The notes beneath the pieces were generated by a model. That model did not search any database. It saw only the letters and a list, made by a program, of their open reading frames with translations, and was not told the DNA's origin. DNA of 38,623 nucleotides, from IMG/VR virus record IMGVR_UViG_3300036985_002742, positions 1 through 38,623 of that record, one strand, 5' to 3'. The DNA is from a virus. Its lineage: Duplodnaviria; Caudoviricetes. Of the stretch, positions 9,327 through 19,300 are shown piece after piece (the stretch's first letter is position 1; each line of letters starts with the position of its first letter). The translations under genes were made by a program, and so were the position numbers.

Positions 9327-9336
9327 GTTGTGAAAC

Positions 9337-9360
9337 AAGGGGAGGCTTAGGCCTCCCTTT
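9337..9360 (+). terminator. Intrinsic terminator after the capsid genes
   Basis: AAGGGGAGGC-TTAG-GCCTCCCTTT hairpin; the U-tract is short. Confidence 0.65.
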
Positions 9361-9446
9361 GCTAACATGTAAAGCTTGGTAATACTTTTGAGATACGCGC
9401 AAGCTGAGTCTTGTGGTATGATATCTCCAGAATTTAAGGACTGATA

Positions 9447-10049
9447 ATGGCCTCTCAAGTAGAAATTGCAAACCGAGCGCTCTCTAAACTAGGTGAAGCG
9501 CGCATCATTTCTTTCGATGACGACACCAAAAACGCACGCGAAATCAAGGCTGCCTTTGACAGCGTTCGCGATGCCGAGTTTCGGGCGCACCGGTGGCACT
9601 TCACGAAGAAGCGCACGACTTTGCCTGCTCTGTCGACGCCGCCGATCTTTGGCTGGGACTACCAGTATCAGCTTCCATCCGATTTTCTCCAGGTGATCCA
9701 GGTGGGTCTCTATGATCCGCCGGTCGACCTGTCTGACTATCGCACCTCTGGCACATCCGAATGGGAGATCGAGGCCGACAACGTGCTTCTCACCAATTCC
9801 GAAGCGCCATTGCCGCTGCGCTACGTCGCACGCATCGAGGACACCACGCGCTATGACGCGACGTTCATCGAGGCCTTTGCTTCACGCCTTGCCGTGGAAG
9901 TCTGCGAGGCTCTGACGCAATCAACAACCAAAAAGGAAAGCGCGCGCGAGGACTACAAGGCCGCGCTCTCCGTGGCCATCCGCTCCAACTCCATCGAGCT
10001 GCCGCCCAAAACGGTGCAGGACGGCTCATGGGTTCTAGGTAGACTGTAA
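9447..10049 (+). CDS. Tail tubular protein A / adaptor
   Basis: VEIANRALSKLGE, HRWHFTKKR and YQYQLPSDFL motifs; position. Confidence 0.87.
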   Translation: MASQVEIANRALSKLGEARIISFDDDTKNAREIKAAFDSVRDAEFRAHRWHFTKKRTTLPALSTPPIFGWDYQYQLPSDFLQVIQVGLYDPPVDLSDYRTSGTSEWEIEADNVLLTNSEAPLPLRYVARIEDTTRYDATFIEAFASRLAVEVCEALTQSTTKKESAREDYKAALSVAIRSNSIELPPKTVQDGSWVLGRL

Positions 10050-12250
10050 TGGCCAAGGCCAGCCCGATCTACACGCAGCTTAACGCCGGCGAGCTCTCTC
10101 CGTTTTTGGAGGGCCGTATCGATGTGGGCAAATACCCGAACGGCTTGCAGCGCTGCGAGAATTTTATTCCATTGGTGCAGGGTCCGGCTGTACGCCGCGC
10201 CGGCACACGCAACATCGCAGCCGTCAAGGATCAAACCGATCGCACCTGGCTGGTGCCTTTTGTGTTTTCTGCGACCGATGGCTGGATCCTGGAATTCGGC
10301 GATCAGTACATCCGCTTCTACACCAACCGCGGCCAGGTCCAGTCTGGCGGTGCGGCCTATGAGATCGTCTCTCCGTACCTGTTGGCTGACCTGACGGCTG
10401 CCGACGGCACCTTCCGGATCACCTTTGTGCAGTCCGCGGACGTGGTCTATCTGACGCATCCGTCCTACAAGCCGCGCAAACTGTCGCGCTTTGCCTCGAC
10501 GAACTGGACGATCGCCGAAGTCGAAACCGACGCGGGGCCATTTCAGGACGTCAACTCGGACCAAGCCGTGACGGTGTACGCATCGGCCACGACTGGCTCG
10601 ATCACACTGACGGCAAGCACGTCGAAATTCACGTCCGATCACGTTGGCACGCTGTTCTATCTGGAATCCAACCCAGCGATCGTTATCGTGCCTTGGGAAA
10701 CGGCCAAGTCGATCAGCTCAGGCGAGCTTCGCCGGTCTGACGGCAACGTCTACCAGGCCATGAACACGGCCACGACGGCCTCTATCAAGCCAACCCACAC
10801 CGAAGGCACGCGCTCTGATGGCGGCGTTCAGTGGAAATACCTCCATTCCGGCTATGGCTGGGCCAGCATTGACTCGATCGTGAGCGGAACGGTGGCCAAT
10901 GCGACCGTTGTCTCGACGCTTCCAAGCGCGACCGTCGGCTCAGGCAATGCAACCTACAAATGGGCGTTCGACGCATGGGGACCGCACGCCGGAGGCTATC
11001 CTTCGCACTGCACATTCTTCCGTGAGCGCCTCGTGTTTGCCCGCGGCGATCGAATCTGGCTGTCCTGCTCCGGCGATTATGAGAATTTTGCCAAGAAGGA
11101 CGCCGACACTGTCACGGCAGACCGCGCAATCTCGGTTCAGCTCGCGTCTGACCAGGTCTCGAGCGTGCAATGGCTGGCTCCGTCGAACGGACTGATCATT
11201 GGCACCACCGGCCCTGAGTTTGTGCTGTCTGAAATCACCACATCCGAGGCCCTTGGCCCGAATAACGTGAAGGCCAGCCCGCAATCAGCCTTTGGCTCCA
11301 AGAATATCCCCGCGATCCGCGTCGGTGCTGCCGTTTTGTTCGTGCAGCGCTCCGGCCGCAAGGTCCGTGAGATCAAATACGACATAAACGCCGACGCCTA
11401 TATCTCGATCGACGACACGATCCTGGCCAACCACATCACCAAGACCGGTGTCGTGGCCATGGCGTTCGCTCAGGAGCCTGACAGCGTCATCTGGTGCGCC
11501 CGCACCGATGGCCAACTGATCGGCTTCACTTTTAACCGTGAGCAGGACGTTCTTGGCTGGCACCGTCACCCTCTAGGCGGCGATGGCATCGTTGAATCGG
11601 TGGCAGCCATCCCCTCACCCGACGCAACACGCGACGATCTGTGGATGATTGTGCGCCGCACCATCAATGGCTCGACCAAACGCTACATCGAATTCCTGGA
11701 AGCGCCCTATGCGGACGGAGACAGCGTCGCTGACGCCTTCTATGTCGACTCAGGCGCGACCTATAGCGGCGCTGCCACCACAACCATTACCGGCCTTGGC
11801 TACCTCGAGGGCAAGACCGTGGACGTTCTCGCGAACGGCGCCACGCACCCTCAGTGCGTCGTCACGTCGGGCTCGATCACGCTTCAACGCGCCTCGACCA
11901 AGGTGCAAGTCGGCCTGCCCTGCCCTGCCCTGCTCCAGACCATGCGCATCGAAGCCGGTGCTGCCGATGGCACGGCGCAAGGTAAGGTGAAACGCATCAC
12001 GCGGGCCGTGATCCGCTTCCTCTACACCCTCGGCGGCAGCGCTGGGAAGGACGAGGCGACCGCGGACCGTATTGAATTCCGCACGGGTTCCGACCTGATG
12101 GACAATGCGCCGCCGATCTTCTCAGGCGACAAGGAAGTGCCATGGCCAGCCGGCTATGAAACCGAAGGCCGCATCATGATCATCCAGGATCAGCCTTTGC
12201 CGATGACCGTGGCAGCCATCATGCCGCAAGTGAACACGAGCGATCGCTAG
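10049..12250 (+). CDS. Tail tubular protein B / nozzle
   Basis: NAGELSP...GRIDV, QSADVVYL, FFRERLVF and EQDVLGWHRH motifs; 733 aa. Confidence 0.9.
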   Translation: MAKASPIYTQLNAGELSPFLEGRIDVGKYPNGLQRCENFIPLVQGPAVRRAGTRNIAAVKDQTDRTWLVPFVFSATDGWILEFGDQYIRFYTNRGQVQSGGAAYEIVSPYLLADLTAADGTFRITFVQSADVVYLTHPSYKPRKLSRFASTNWTIAEVETDAGPFQDVNSDQAVTVYASATTGSITLTASTSKFTSDHVGTLFYLESNPAIVIVPWETAKSISSGELRRSDGNVYQAMNTATTASIKPTHTEGTRSDGGVQWKYLHSGYGWASIDSIVSGTVANATVVSTLPSATVGSGNATYKWAFDAWGPHAGGYPSHCTFFRERLVFARGDRIWLSCSGDYENFAKKDADTVTADRAISVQLASDQVSSVQWLAPSNGLIIGTTGPEFVLSEITTSEALGPNNVKASPQSAFGSKNIPAIRVGAAVLFVQRSGRKVREIKYDINADAYISIDDTILANHITKTGVVAMAFAQEPDSVIWCARTDGQLIGFTFNREQDVLGWHRHPLGGDGIVESVAAIPSPDATRDDLWMIVRRTINGSTKRYIEFLEAPYADGDSVADAFYVDSGATYSGAATTTITGLGYLEGKTVDVLANGATHPQCVVTSGSITLQRASTKVQVGLPCPALLQTMRIEAGAADGTAQGKVKRITRAVIRFLYTLGGSAGKDEATADRIEFRTGSDLMDNAPPIFSGDKEVPWPAGYETEGRIMIIQDQPLPMTVAAIMPQVNTSDR

Positions 12251-12670
12251 ATGATCGTGCCCTTCAAAGCCGAACACCTTGCCAAGCTCTCGCTGCAAAG
12301 CACGCAGCTTGCCATGTCCGAGCAACTGACGAACCCTGAATATGCCACGATGCTGGAAGGCACTTACGCCTATTCCCTGATCGAGGGCGACGAGGTGCTC
12401 TGCTGTGCCGGATTGATGCCGGTCTGGGAAAACCGCTCGATGGGTTGGGCTCTGGTGTCCAGCAAGGCTGGCAAGCACTTCATTGAGATTCACCGCAATG
12501 TGGCAGCCGCAATCAGAATGTGTCCGGATCGTCGCGTTGAGATCGCCGTCGACTCGGAATTTGCAGAAGGCAAGCGCTGGGCAAAGATGCTCGGCCTGAC
12601 CTTTGAAGGTCGCATGCGCGGCTATGGCGTGGACGGTCGCGATCATGACCTTTTTGCACGCGTAAAATGA
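12251..12670 (+). CDS. GNAT-like protein of the podovirus tail/core cluster
   Basis: RWAKMLGLTFEGRMRGYGVDGRDHDLFAR resembles the C-terminus of GNAT acetyltransferases; conserved position after the nozzle gene. Confidence 0.65.
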   Translation: MIVPFKAEHLAKLSLQSTQLAMSEQLTNPEYATMLEGTYAYSLIEGDEVLCCAGLMPVWENRSMGWALVSSKAGKHFIEIHRNVAAAIRMCPDRRVEIAVDSEFAEGKRWAKMLGLTFEGRMRGYGVDGRDHDLFARVK

Positions 12671-12698
12671 TGCGAAAATCTCAACAGTGATATAGAAT
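12668..12698 (+). promoter_or_regulatory. 19-bp operator and putative promoter for the internal virion genes
   Basis: TGATGCGAAAATCTCAACA (12668-12686); ATGCGA-17 bp-TAGAAT (12693-12698). Confidence 0.62.
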
Positions 12699-12725
12699 AC
12701 GCCTAACAAGGCATTGGAGTTTATT

Positions 12726-13271
12726 ATGGCCGCAATACCAATTATTCTTGCAGTAGCGTCCACGGCGATGTCCGTGGTTGGCTCTATTCAGCAAGGCAAT
12801 GCGCAGGAAGCGCAATATAAGGCTCAGGCTCAAGCGCAGGAATACAACGCGAAGATCTCTGAGAACCAGGCTATTGCCACAAACCAGCAGACTTCTGCAC
12901 GCGAGGACGCTGAACGCCGTCAACGCCGCATCGCCTTGGGGGGCGCTCGCGCATCCATGGCCGAATCCGGCCTGACTGACAGCGGCTCGATCCTCGACAT
13001 GTTCGATCAAAGCGCCATCAACTCCGAGCTCGATGTGCTGAACACGCGCTTCGAAGGCAACATGGCTGCACGCGGCTTCAATGAGCAGGCAACGCTGGAC
13101 CGCTACGCTGCTGCAAACTCACGCTCCAACGCCAAGTCTGCAAGCACGGCCAAGTGGATCAACGCTGGCTCTGCCCTGATCTCAGGCGCATCGTCGGCTT
13201 ACTCCGGCTACAAGACTGCCGAATTCCAAAAAACACAGACTGATGTCTGGAAAAAACAGGGGCTTATCTAA
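12726..13271 (+). CDS. Internal virion (ejection) protein, small
   Basis: Hydrophobic N-terminus, Ala/Gln-rich helices, ARASMAESGL...GS motif; GGAG RBS supports ATG 12726. Confidence 0.75.
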   Translation: MAAIPIILAVASTAMSVVGSIQQGNAQEAQYKAQAQAQEYNAKISENQAIATNQQTSAREDAERRQRRIALGGARASMAESGLTDSGSILDMFDQSAINSELDVLNTRFEGNMAARGFNEQATLDRYAAANSRSNAKSASTAKWINAGSALISGASSAYSGYKTAEFQKTQTDVWKKQGLI

Positions 13272-16200
13272 TGGCGCGCGAACTCGACCTTAACTTGGCG
13301 CGAGGCGATAGCGCTGGCAACAACTCCGTTCGCATCCCGCAGCTCAACCAACAAAAGGTTGTCTCGCAGCTTCCAAACAGTCCGCGCATGCAGCCGGTCC
13401 AGATCTCCAACGACATCGGCAAGGCGCTGTCCGGCATGGGTGGCGCACTTGGTGACGCGACCAAGGCAGCTCAGTTTGCCGACGCGACTGATCTCAGAAC
13501 GCAGGAGTTTGAAGTCCAGCAAGAGAAGGAAAAGCAGACGCTTTCTGCGCAAAAGGCCGTGTCTGAAAGCTCGCTTTCGCTGATCAGCCATTTTCAGGAA
13601 TCGCAGGCAGCGGTTGAGCCTGGCGCTGTCGGCTTCACTGGCAAGATCACGAAGGACATCGACACGCATATCGAGGCCGCAACGAAAGACGCGACGCCCT
13701 ACTACAAGAAACAGTATGAAACCAGCATGGTCGGCGTGCGTCAGCACCTGATCGCCAAGGGCCAGGAATACGAATACGGCGAAGGCCTGAAGCTCGAGGT
13801 AGACAACGTCAACAAGGGCCTCGAAAACTCGCAGAAGATCGTCTACGCCGATCCTGCCTTGTTTGAGCAGGAGCTCACCCGCTGGGGCAAGACCATCGCG
13901 GACAACACGCGATTCAATCCAGAAGCCAAGCGCACCATGATTGAGTCCGTGCGCAAGCAGCTCACATGGGCTGCCGGCGCGAAGGCGATCGAGGGCAATC
14001 CGCAAGTCTGGAATGCCACGCTCAATCCCTACTCACCGAAGAACAATCCGAATGCGGTGCCTGGCGCCAATGGCGTCACCGAATTCCGTGCTCAGAAAAC
14101 AGACTACGACGCGTCCACATGGGAAAAGCGCCCTGATGGCTCTGCCAAGGGATCCGGCTTTCTCGGCGTTCTGAAGCGCCCTGATGGCGGCGTCTCCACT
14201 GAAATCAGCGTGGGCGTGACGATCGACGGCAAGCAAGTCGACGTGCCGACTCTGGTGCCAACCCTGACCAAGGCCGAAGTCAAGACGCTGCTCACGCTGA
14301 AAGACGATCAGAAAGTCCCTGACTCGATCGTCAAGAAGGCTGCCGAGTTTGCCCGCACCCGCATCAAGGACGGCAAGCCTGTGTTTGCCCAGCCTGGCGA
14401 GGAAGGCGACATCGTTTCAGCCAAGCCTGCTGCCGGCGCCAATGGTACACCAGCCAGCGCTGCCGCAACCGGTCCTGCGTCATTCGACGGCGTCATGGGC
14501 TTCATCTTCAAGAAAGAAGGCGGCTACAACGCAGACGACGGCAATGGCCATCCCGTGAATTTCGGCATCAATCAGGGCGCAAACCCTGACATCGATGTCA
14601 AGAACCTTACGAAAGAGAAGGCTGCTGAGATCTACAAGACGCGCTACTGGAAGGCGATCAATGGCGACACTCTGCCGCCTGCTACTGCACTGATGGCGAT
14701 GGATGCGGCGGTCAACCAGGGCGTTGGCTTTGCTCAGGAAATCCTGGCCAAGTCCGGTGGCGACGTCACCAAAATGGCCCAGCTCCGCAAGGAACGCTAC
14801 GAAAGCATCATCGCGGCCAACCCTGCGAAAGAGAAATACCGCGCCAACTGGATGAAGCGCCTGAACGAAGCATCGGCTCAGGCCGGAGCTGCTTCCGGTT
14901 CTGCTGGATCTTCCGAGTCTGGGATGCCGGCTGCACCGGTGGGCCGCGTCAAGATTGGCCAGCCCTGGTTTGATCTGGCGACGTTCGACGAGCAGCAGAA
15001 ATTCCGCCAGTACGCCGAAGCGCAGTCCGGCAAGCTTGAGACCGAAATGGCCAAGCAGCGCCAGGAAATCGCCTCAAGCCTCGAGCTCGAGACCCGCAAC
15101 ATCGGTGAAATGGTGTCACGCGGCGTGGCCCCACAAGGCCAGCCGAAAAGCCTGGCTGACTTTCAGGCCGCTTATCAGAACCCTGAACGCGCGATCCAGG
15201 CTCATGCAGCCTACGAGAACGCATGGAACACGGCTCAGGAAACCTCAAAATACAACGGACTTCCGACGGCCAAGCTGGTCGAGGTGATCAAAGAGACAGC
15301 GCCAAGCGCCAACGATCCTGACTTCGCTGTGAAGTCGAACCTCCAGCAGATCAGAATGCAATCGGCAGCCAGCATCATCACGGCGCGTCAGAAAGACCCT
15401 TGGGGATTTGCCCAGGCCACCGGCGACTTCAATGCCGGCCTTGCTGATCCAACGAAAAAAGACTTCTCCGACGTGATCAAGCGTCGTGCGGCCGCGCTGC
15501 CTCAGATGATCGAGAAGTATGGCCTCACCTCTGCCAGCGTCATGACGTCGGCCGAAGCCACCAACCTATCTGACCGCATGGCCATGATGCCGGCCGATGA
15601 TCGTGTTGCCCTGCTCAAGACGCTGCGCCAGTCGATCGGCGACGATACCGCCTATGCGACGCTGCTCAATGCGATCCGCCCTGATTCACCCGTCACCGTG
15701 ATGGCTGGCAATATCGCAGCCGTGGGCGGCACCGTGCGCATCGGATCCGAGAACATCACGACCGACAAGATCGCCAGTCGTCTGGCCCGCGGCGAGGATC
15801 TGCTGAACCCTCGTGGCGTCGACAAGAAAGCCGACGGCACCAAGTCTGCATTCCCGATGCCTAAAGAGCAGGACATGCGCTCCGAATGGACCGAGATGGT
15901 GGGCAATGCCTATGCCGGCTATCCAGACGCCGAAGCTCATGCCTATCAGGCCTATCGCGCCTACTACGCAGCCCGCGCTTCCGAAAAGGGGATCAATGAC
16001 GGGATCGTCAATGGCGAGCTCCAGGGTGAAGCGATCACGGCTGCCACCGGTGGCATCGGCTCAATCGATCCAAACGGAATGATGAATTCCTACAAGCTCA
16101 TCCTGCCCTACGGCATGCCTGGCGACGTGTTCAAGGACAAGTCTGCCCAGCTCTGGAAACAGGTTGGCCCAGCCAATGGCTACACCAAGCACACGATCGA

Positions 16201-16345
16201 CGATCTGCGCCTGATCCCGACCGGCGAGAATGGCCGCTACGTTGTGGCCGGCGCCGACATGCTGCCGCTTCCAGGCAAGAACAACAAACCGATTATCCTT
16301 GATTATCTAGCTAAACCGGCCGCTGCGCCGAGGAGAGACAACTAA
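13271..16345 (+). CDS. Internal virion protein with an embedded GH108-like lysozyme domain
   Basis: 1024 aa, helical; FIFKKEGGYN...NFGINQ...KNLTKEKAAEIYKTRYW...DAAVNQGV at about 14480-14870 matches GH108; C-terminal LILPYGM like epsilon15-type core proteins. Confidence 0.8.
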   Translation: MARELDLNLARGDSAGNNSVRIPQLNQQKVVSQLPNSPRMQPVQISNDIGKALSGMGGALGDATKAAQFADATDLRTQEFEVQQEKEKQTLSAQKAVSESSLSLISHFQESQAAVEPGAVGFTGKITKDIDTHIEAATKDATPYYKKQYETSMVGVRQHLIAKGQEYEYGEGLKLEVDNVNKGLENSQKIVYADPALFEQELTRWGKTIADNTRFNPEAKRTMIESVRKQLTWAAGAKAIEGNPQVWNATLNPYSPKNNPNAVPGANGVTEFRAQKTDYDASTWEKRPDGSAKGSGFLGVLKRPDGGVSTEISVGVTIDGKQVDVPTLVPTLTKAEVKTLLTLKDDQKVPDSIVKKAAEFARTRIKDGKPVFAQPGEEGDIVSAKPAAGANGTPASAAATGPASFDGVMGFIFKKEGGYNADDGNGHPVNFGINQGANPDIDVKNLTKEKAAEIYKTRYWKAINGDTLPPATALMAMDAAVNQGVGFAQEILAKSGGDVTKMAQLRKERYESIIAANPAKEKYRANWMKRLNEASAQAGAASGSAGSSESGMPAAPVGRVKIGQPWFDLATFDEQQKFRQYAEAQSGKLETEMAKQRQEIASSLELETRNIGEMVSRGVAPQGQPKSLADFQAAYQNPERAIQAHAAYENAWNTAQETSKYNGLPTAKLVEVIKETAPSANDPDFAVKSNLQQIRMQSAASIITARQKDPWGFAQATGDFNAGLADPTKKDFSDVIKRRAAALPQMIEKYGLTSASVMTSAEATNLSDRMAMMPADDRVALLKTLRQSIGDDTAYATLLNAIRPDSPVTVMAGNIAAVGGTVRIGSENITTDKIASRLARGEDLLNPRGVDKKADGTKSAFPMPKEQDMRSEWTEMVGNAYAGYPDAEAHAYQAYRAYYAARASEKGINDGIVNGELQGEAITAATGGIGSIDPNGMMNSYKLILPYGMPGDVFKDKSAQLWKQVGPANGYTKHTIDDLRLIPTGENGRYVVAGADMLPLPGKNNKPIILDYLAKPAAAPRRDN

Positions 16346-19300
16346 TGGCTTTCTTTAATGTTGCACCGACCGAGAAAGTCGATCGCCTGACCGAAACATT
16401 CGACAAGGGCTTCAACACCGTTGTCCGTACTGATGAAGCCAAACCGGACGCCTTTACTGGCGTTCTGGACGCGACACTAGGCGGCGTGCAGTCAGGGTTC
16501 AATCGCAGCAAATATAATCTTTTCTCTGATCAGGAGTCGAACCGCAAGAAAGAGATCGCGGCTTCGCTCGTGAAGATGCGCCCTGATCCCAAAACAGTGG
16601 GCTCCGTGGGCCAGTTCATGTTCGGCGTGGCCGAGCCTCTGTCCTTTATAGGCACCCAGTTCCTGCAAGACCCGATCACCTCTGTGCTGGCGCCATCGAC
16701 GCTGGCCATGGGGGTCGCGAAAGACTACGAACCGGCCCAGACGCAGATCAACATTGCCGACGGCATGGATGCTGAAACGGCAGCCAAGGTTGCCCGCACG
16801 CAGGCCACTGGCCTGGCCATTGGCACGATCGCTCCCGCCTCATTGAGCGGTGGCCTTCTGACGCGCGTCCTTACGGGCGGCGCTCTGAACGTGGCAGTCG
16901 GTGCTGGAGAACGGGCCGAGACCGGCCGGATCCTGCGAGCCAATGGCTATGAGGAAATGGCCAAGCAATACTCAGCGCTTGACGGCAACGCGGCGCTGGC
17001 CGAATTCGTCCTTGGCGGCTTTTTCGGTGGCGCGTTCGGCAGCCGCGGCAAAGCTCGCCTGGCCGCACCAGAATCCATTGAGCCATCCCACATCGACGCA
17101 GCCCTGACGGCCAACCAAAGCGTTAGTGCAACTGTCGACGCTGCACCTGGCGTCCCTGTTGATGCCAAGTCTGCCAAGGCTCACGCTGCCGCCTTCGATA
17201 GCACGATCGAGGCCCTGGCCTTTGGCAACAAGCCAAACGTCGAAAGCCTCCTGACCGAAGCTGGCTTCCTCGGCAAGCGTCCGGACTTCAACGCCGTGGC
17301 GATCATCCGCGAAGAATTGGAAAAGGCCGGTTTTGACGATGTCGCTGCCAAGGTGCGCGAGCTCGAGACCGCAGCCAAAGAGCGCGGCCTTCACGTCGAT
17401 GGCGCCGATCTCAATGTGGTGCTGTCTGAAAATCCTGCCGACGTCACCGTTGGCGGACTGAAAGGTCGCGAGTCAGCCGTGAAAATCGGCAACGACTATG
17501 TGCCAACCGAATTCCGCCTCGTCGAAGCCGGTGACGTTCGCGCCACCATGGACAAGGCCGACAATCAATACCGCGACCGAACCCGCGTCGCGTCCGAGCA
17601 GCAGATTCAGGAAGCTGCGCGCGGGCTCGATCCTCGTTTGCTGGGCGATTCACCGGTGATGGACTTTGGTGCGCCGGTTATGACGGCCGACGGCAAAATC
17701 ATCGCCGGAAACGGAAGGGCGGCTTTCATAGAGCGCGCCTACGACACGAACGCAGCCGAGTCCTACCGATCATATCTGAAAGAGAACGCGGCGGCTCTGG
17801 GGCTCAATGCAAGCGAAATAGACGGCATGGCCCGTCCGGTGCTTGTTCGCGTGCTCCAGCGTGACGTCGACGTGAACAAAGCAGCTATTCTGTCGAATGA
17901 AGGCGGCGCGATGGGCATGTCCGCCCTCGAGCAGGCGAAGGTCGACGGCGAACGCCTGGGCGATTTTCGTGCGTTTGAGTTTGGCGAAGATGGCGCGGTG
18001 GGCAATGTCGGCAATATGCCGTTCATCCGCTCATGGGTTGAGCAGTTCCCGACCAATCAGCGCAGCCGCCTGATGGACTCCGATGGCATGCTGTCAGCCG
18101 AGGGCAGCCGCCGTCTCCAGAACGCGATCATGTACCGCGCCTATGGTGACAGCGACACGCTATCCCGTCTGATCGAGGCCACTGATCCTGGCAGCCGAAA
18201 CATTGTGACGGCCTTGTCTCGCACCGCAGCCCGCGTGGCCGATGCGAAAGAAGCGATCATGCGTGGTGATCTCTATCCGCACGATCTCTCCGAAGACTTG
18301 CTGATGGCGGTCGAAAAATACGACTCGATCCGCAAGAGCGGCATGGCCATCAACACATGGGTCAACCAGATCGACGGCTTTGGCGATGGCCTGACAGGCG
18401 AAGCGCGTGCGCTCGTCGTGTTCCTCGACAAGAACATTCGCAGCGCCAGGACGATCGCCGATGAGATCGATGCCTACTACCAGCGCCTTGAAGCGCTTGG
18501 CGATCCGAAACAGGGATCCATGTTCGAGGCGGCGACGCCGACCAAGCAGGATGTGTTTCAGCCAATGCTGGACGCAGACGCCGTGGCCTATTCGCGAATG
18601 GACCAGACCGAGACGCCTCAGTTCAAGGCCTGGGCTGGCACCGACAAGCCCGTCATCGAATATGACGACATCAACAATTTTGAATTTAACGGCGAAGGTC
18701 CGTTCGTGCTGCGCGCCTATCACGGCACGACGAATAGCTTTGATGCGTTCGACGCCTCCGTCAAGGGCAACATGGAAGGCCAATATGGCGCGGTGAATTA
18801 CTTCACCTCCAGCGAATATGACGCCAGTGAAAACTACGCTGGCATGGGGCCTGATCTTACCAGCCGCATCGAGTCCAAGGGCGAGCAGCTCAGTTACAAG
18901 CTGCGCGATGAGTTTGACGAGCTCGGCGGTGATGAGAACCAGGCGGCTGCCATGCAGGCGTTGAAAGAGAAATATGGTGAGGACGTCTATTCAGAAAACC
19001 TGGTGACGATGGCCAAGAACATGGTTGCCAAGGATCTCGATGGTGGCAACGAAAAAGTGTTGGAGGTCTTTATCAAGACGGAGCGGCCTTTTGTCGTGGG
19101 TGGTGAAAAGTCTCCATGGCTTGAATTCTTTGACGAAGGTGTCATCGAAACTCAGGCAATCGAACGCGTTGCCGATAACAATGGCATTGACGTCGACGAA
19201 GTCCGTGCACAGTTCAGCGATTACGAGGATGAAATATCCGACGCACGCTATGAAATACTGGACGATCAGGCCAACCCTTTGATCGAAGCCGTGCAGACCG

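Noticed and set aside
7600-9330. Lower-GC capsid region as a horizontally acquired island
   Set aside because: The shift is mostly to T-ending codons such as GCT, GTT and ACT in the most highly expressed structural genes, and synteny is intact. Expression bias is the simpler explanation.
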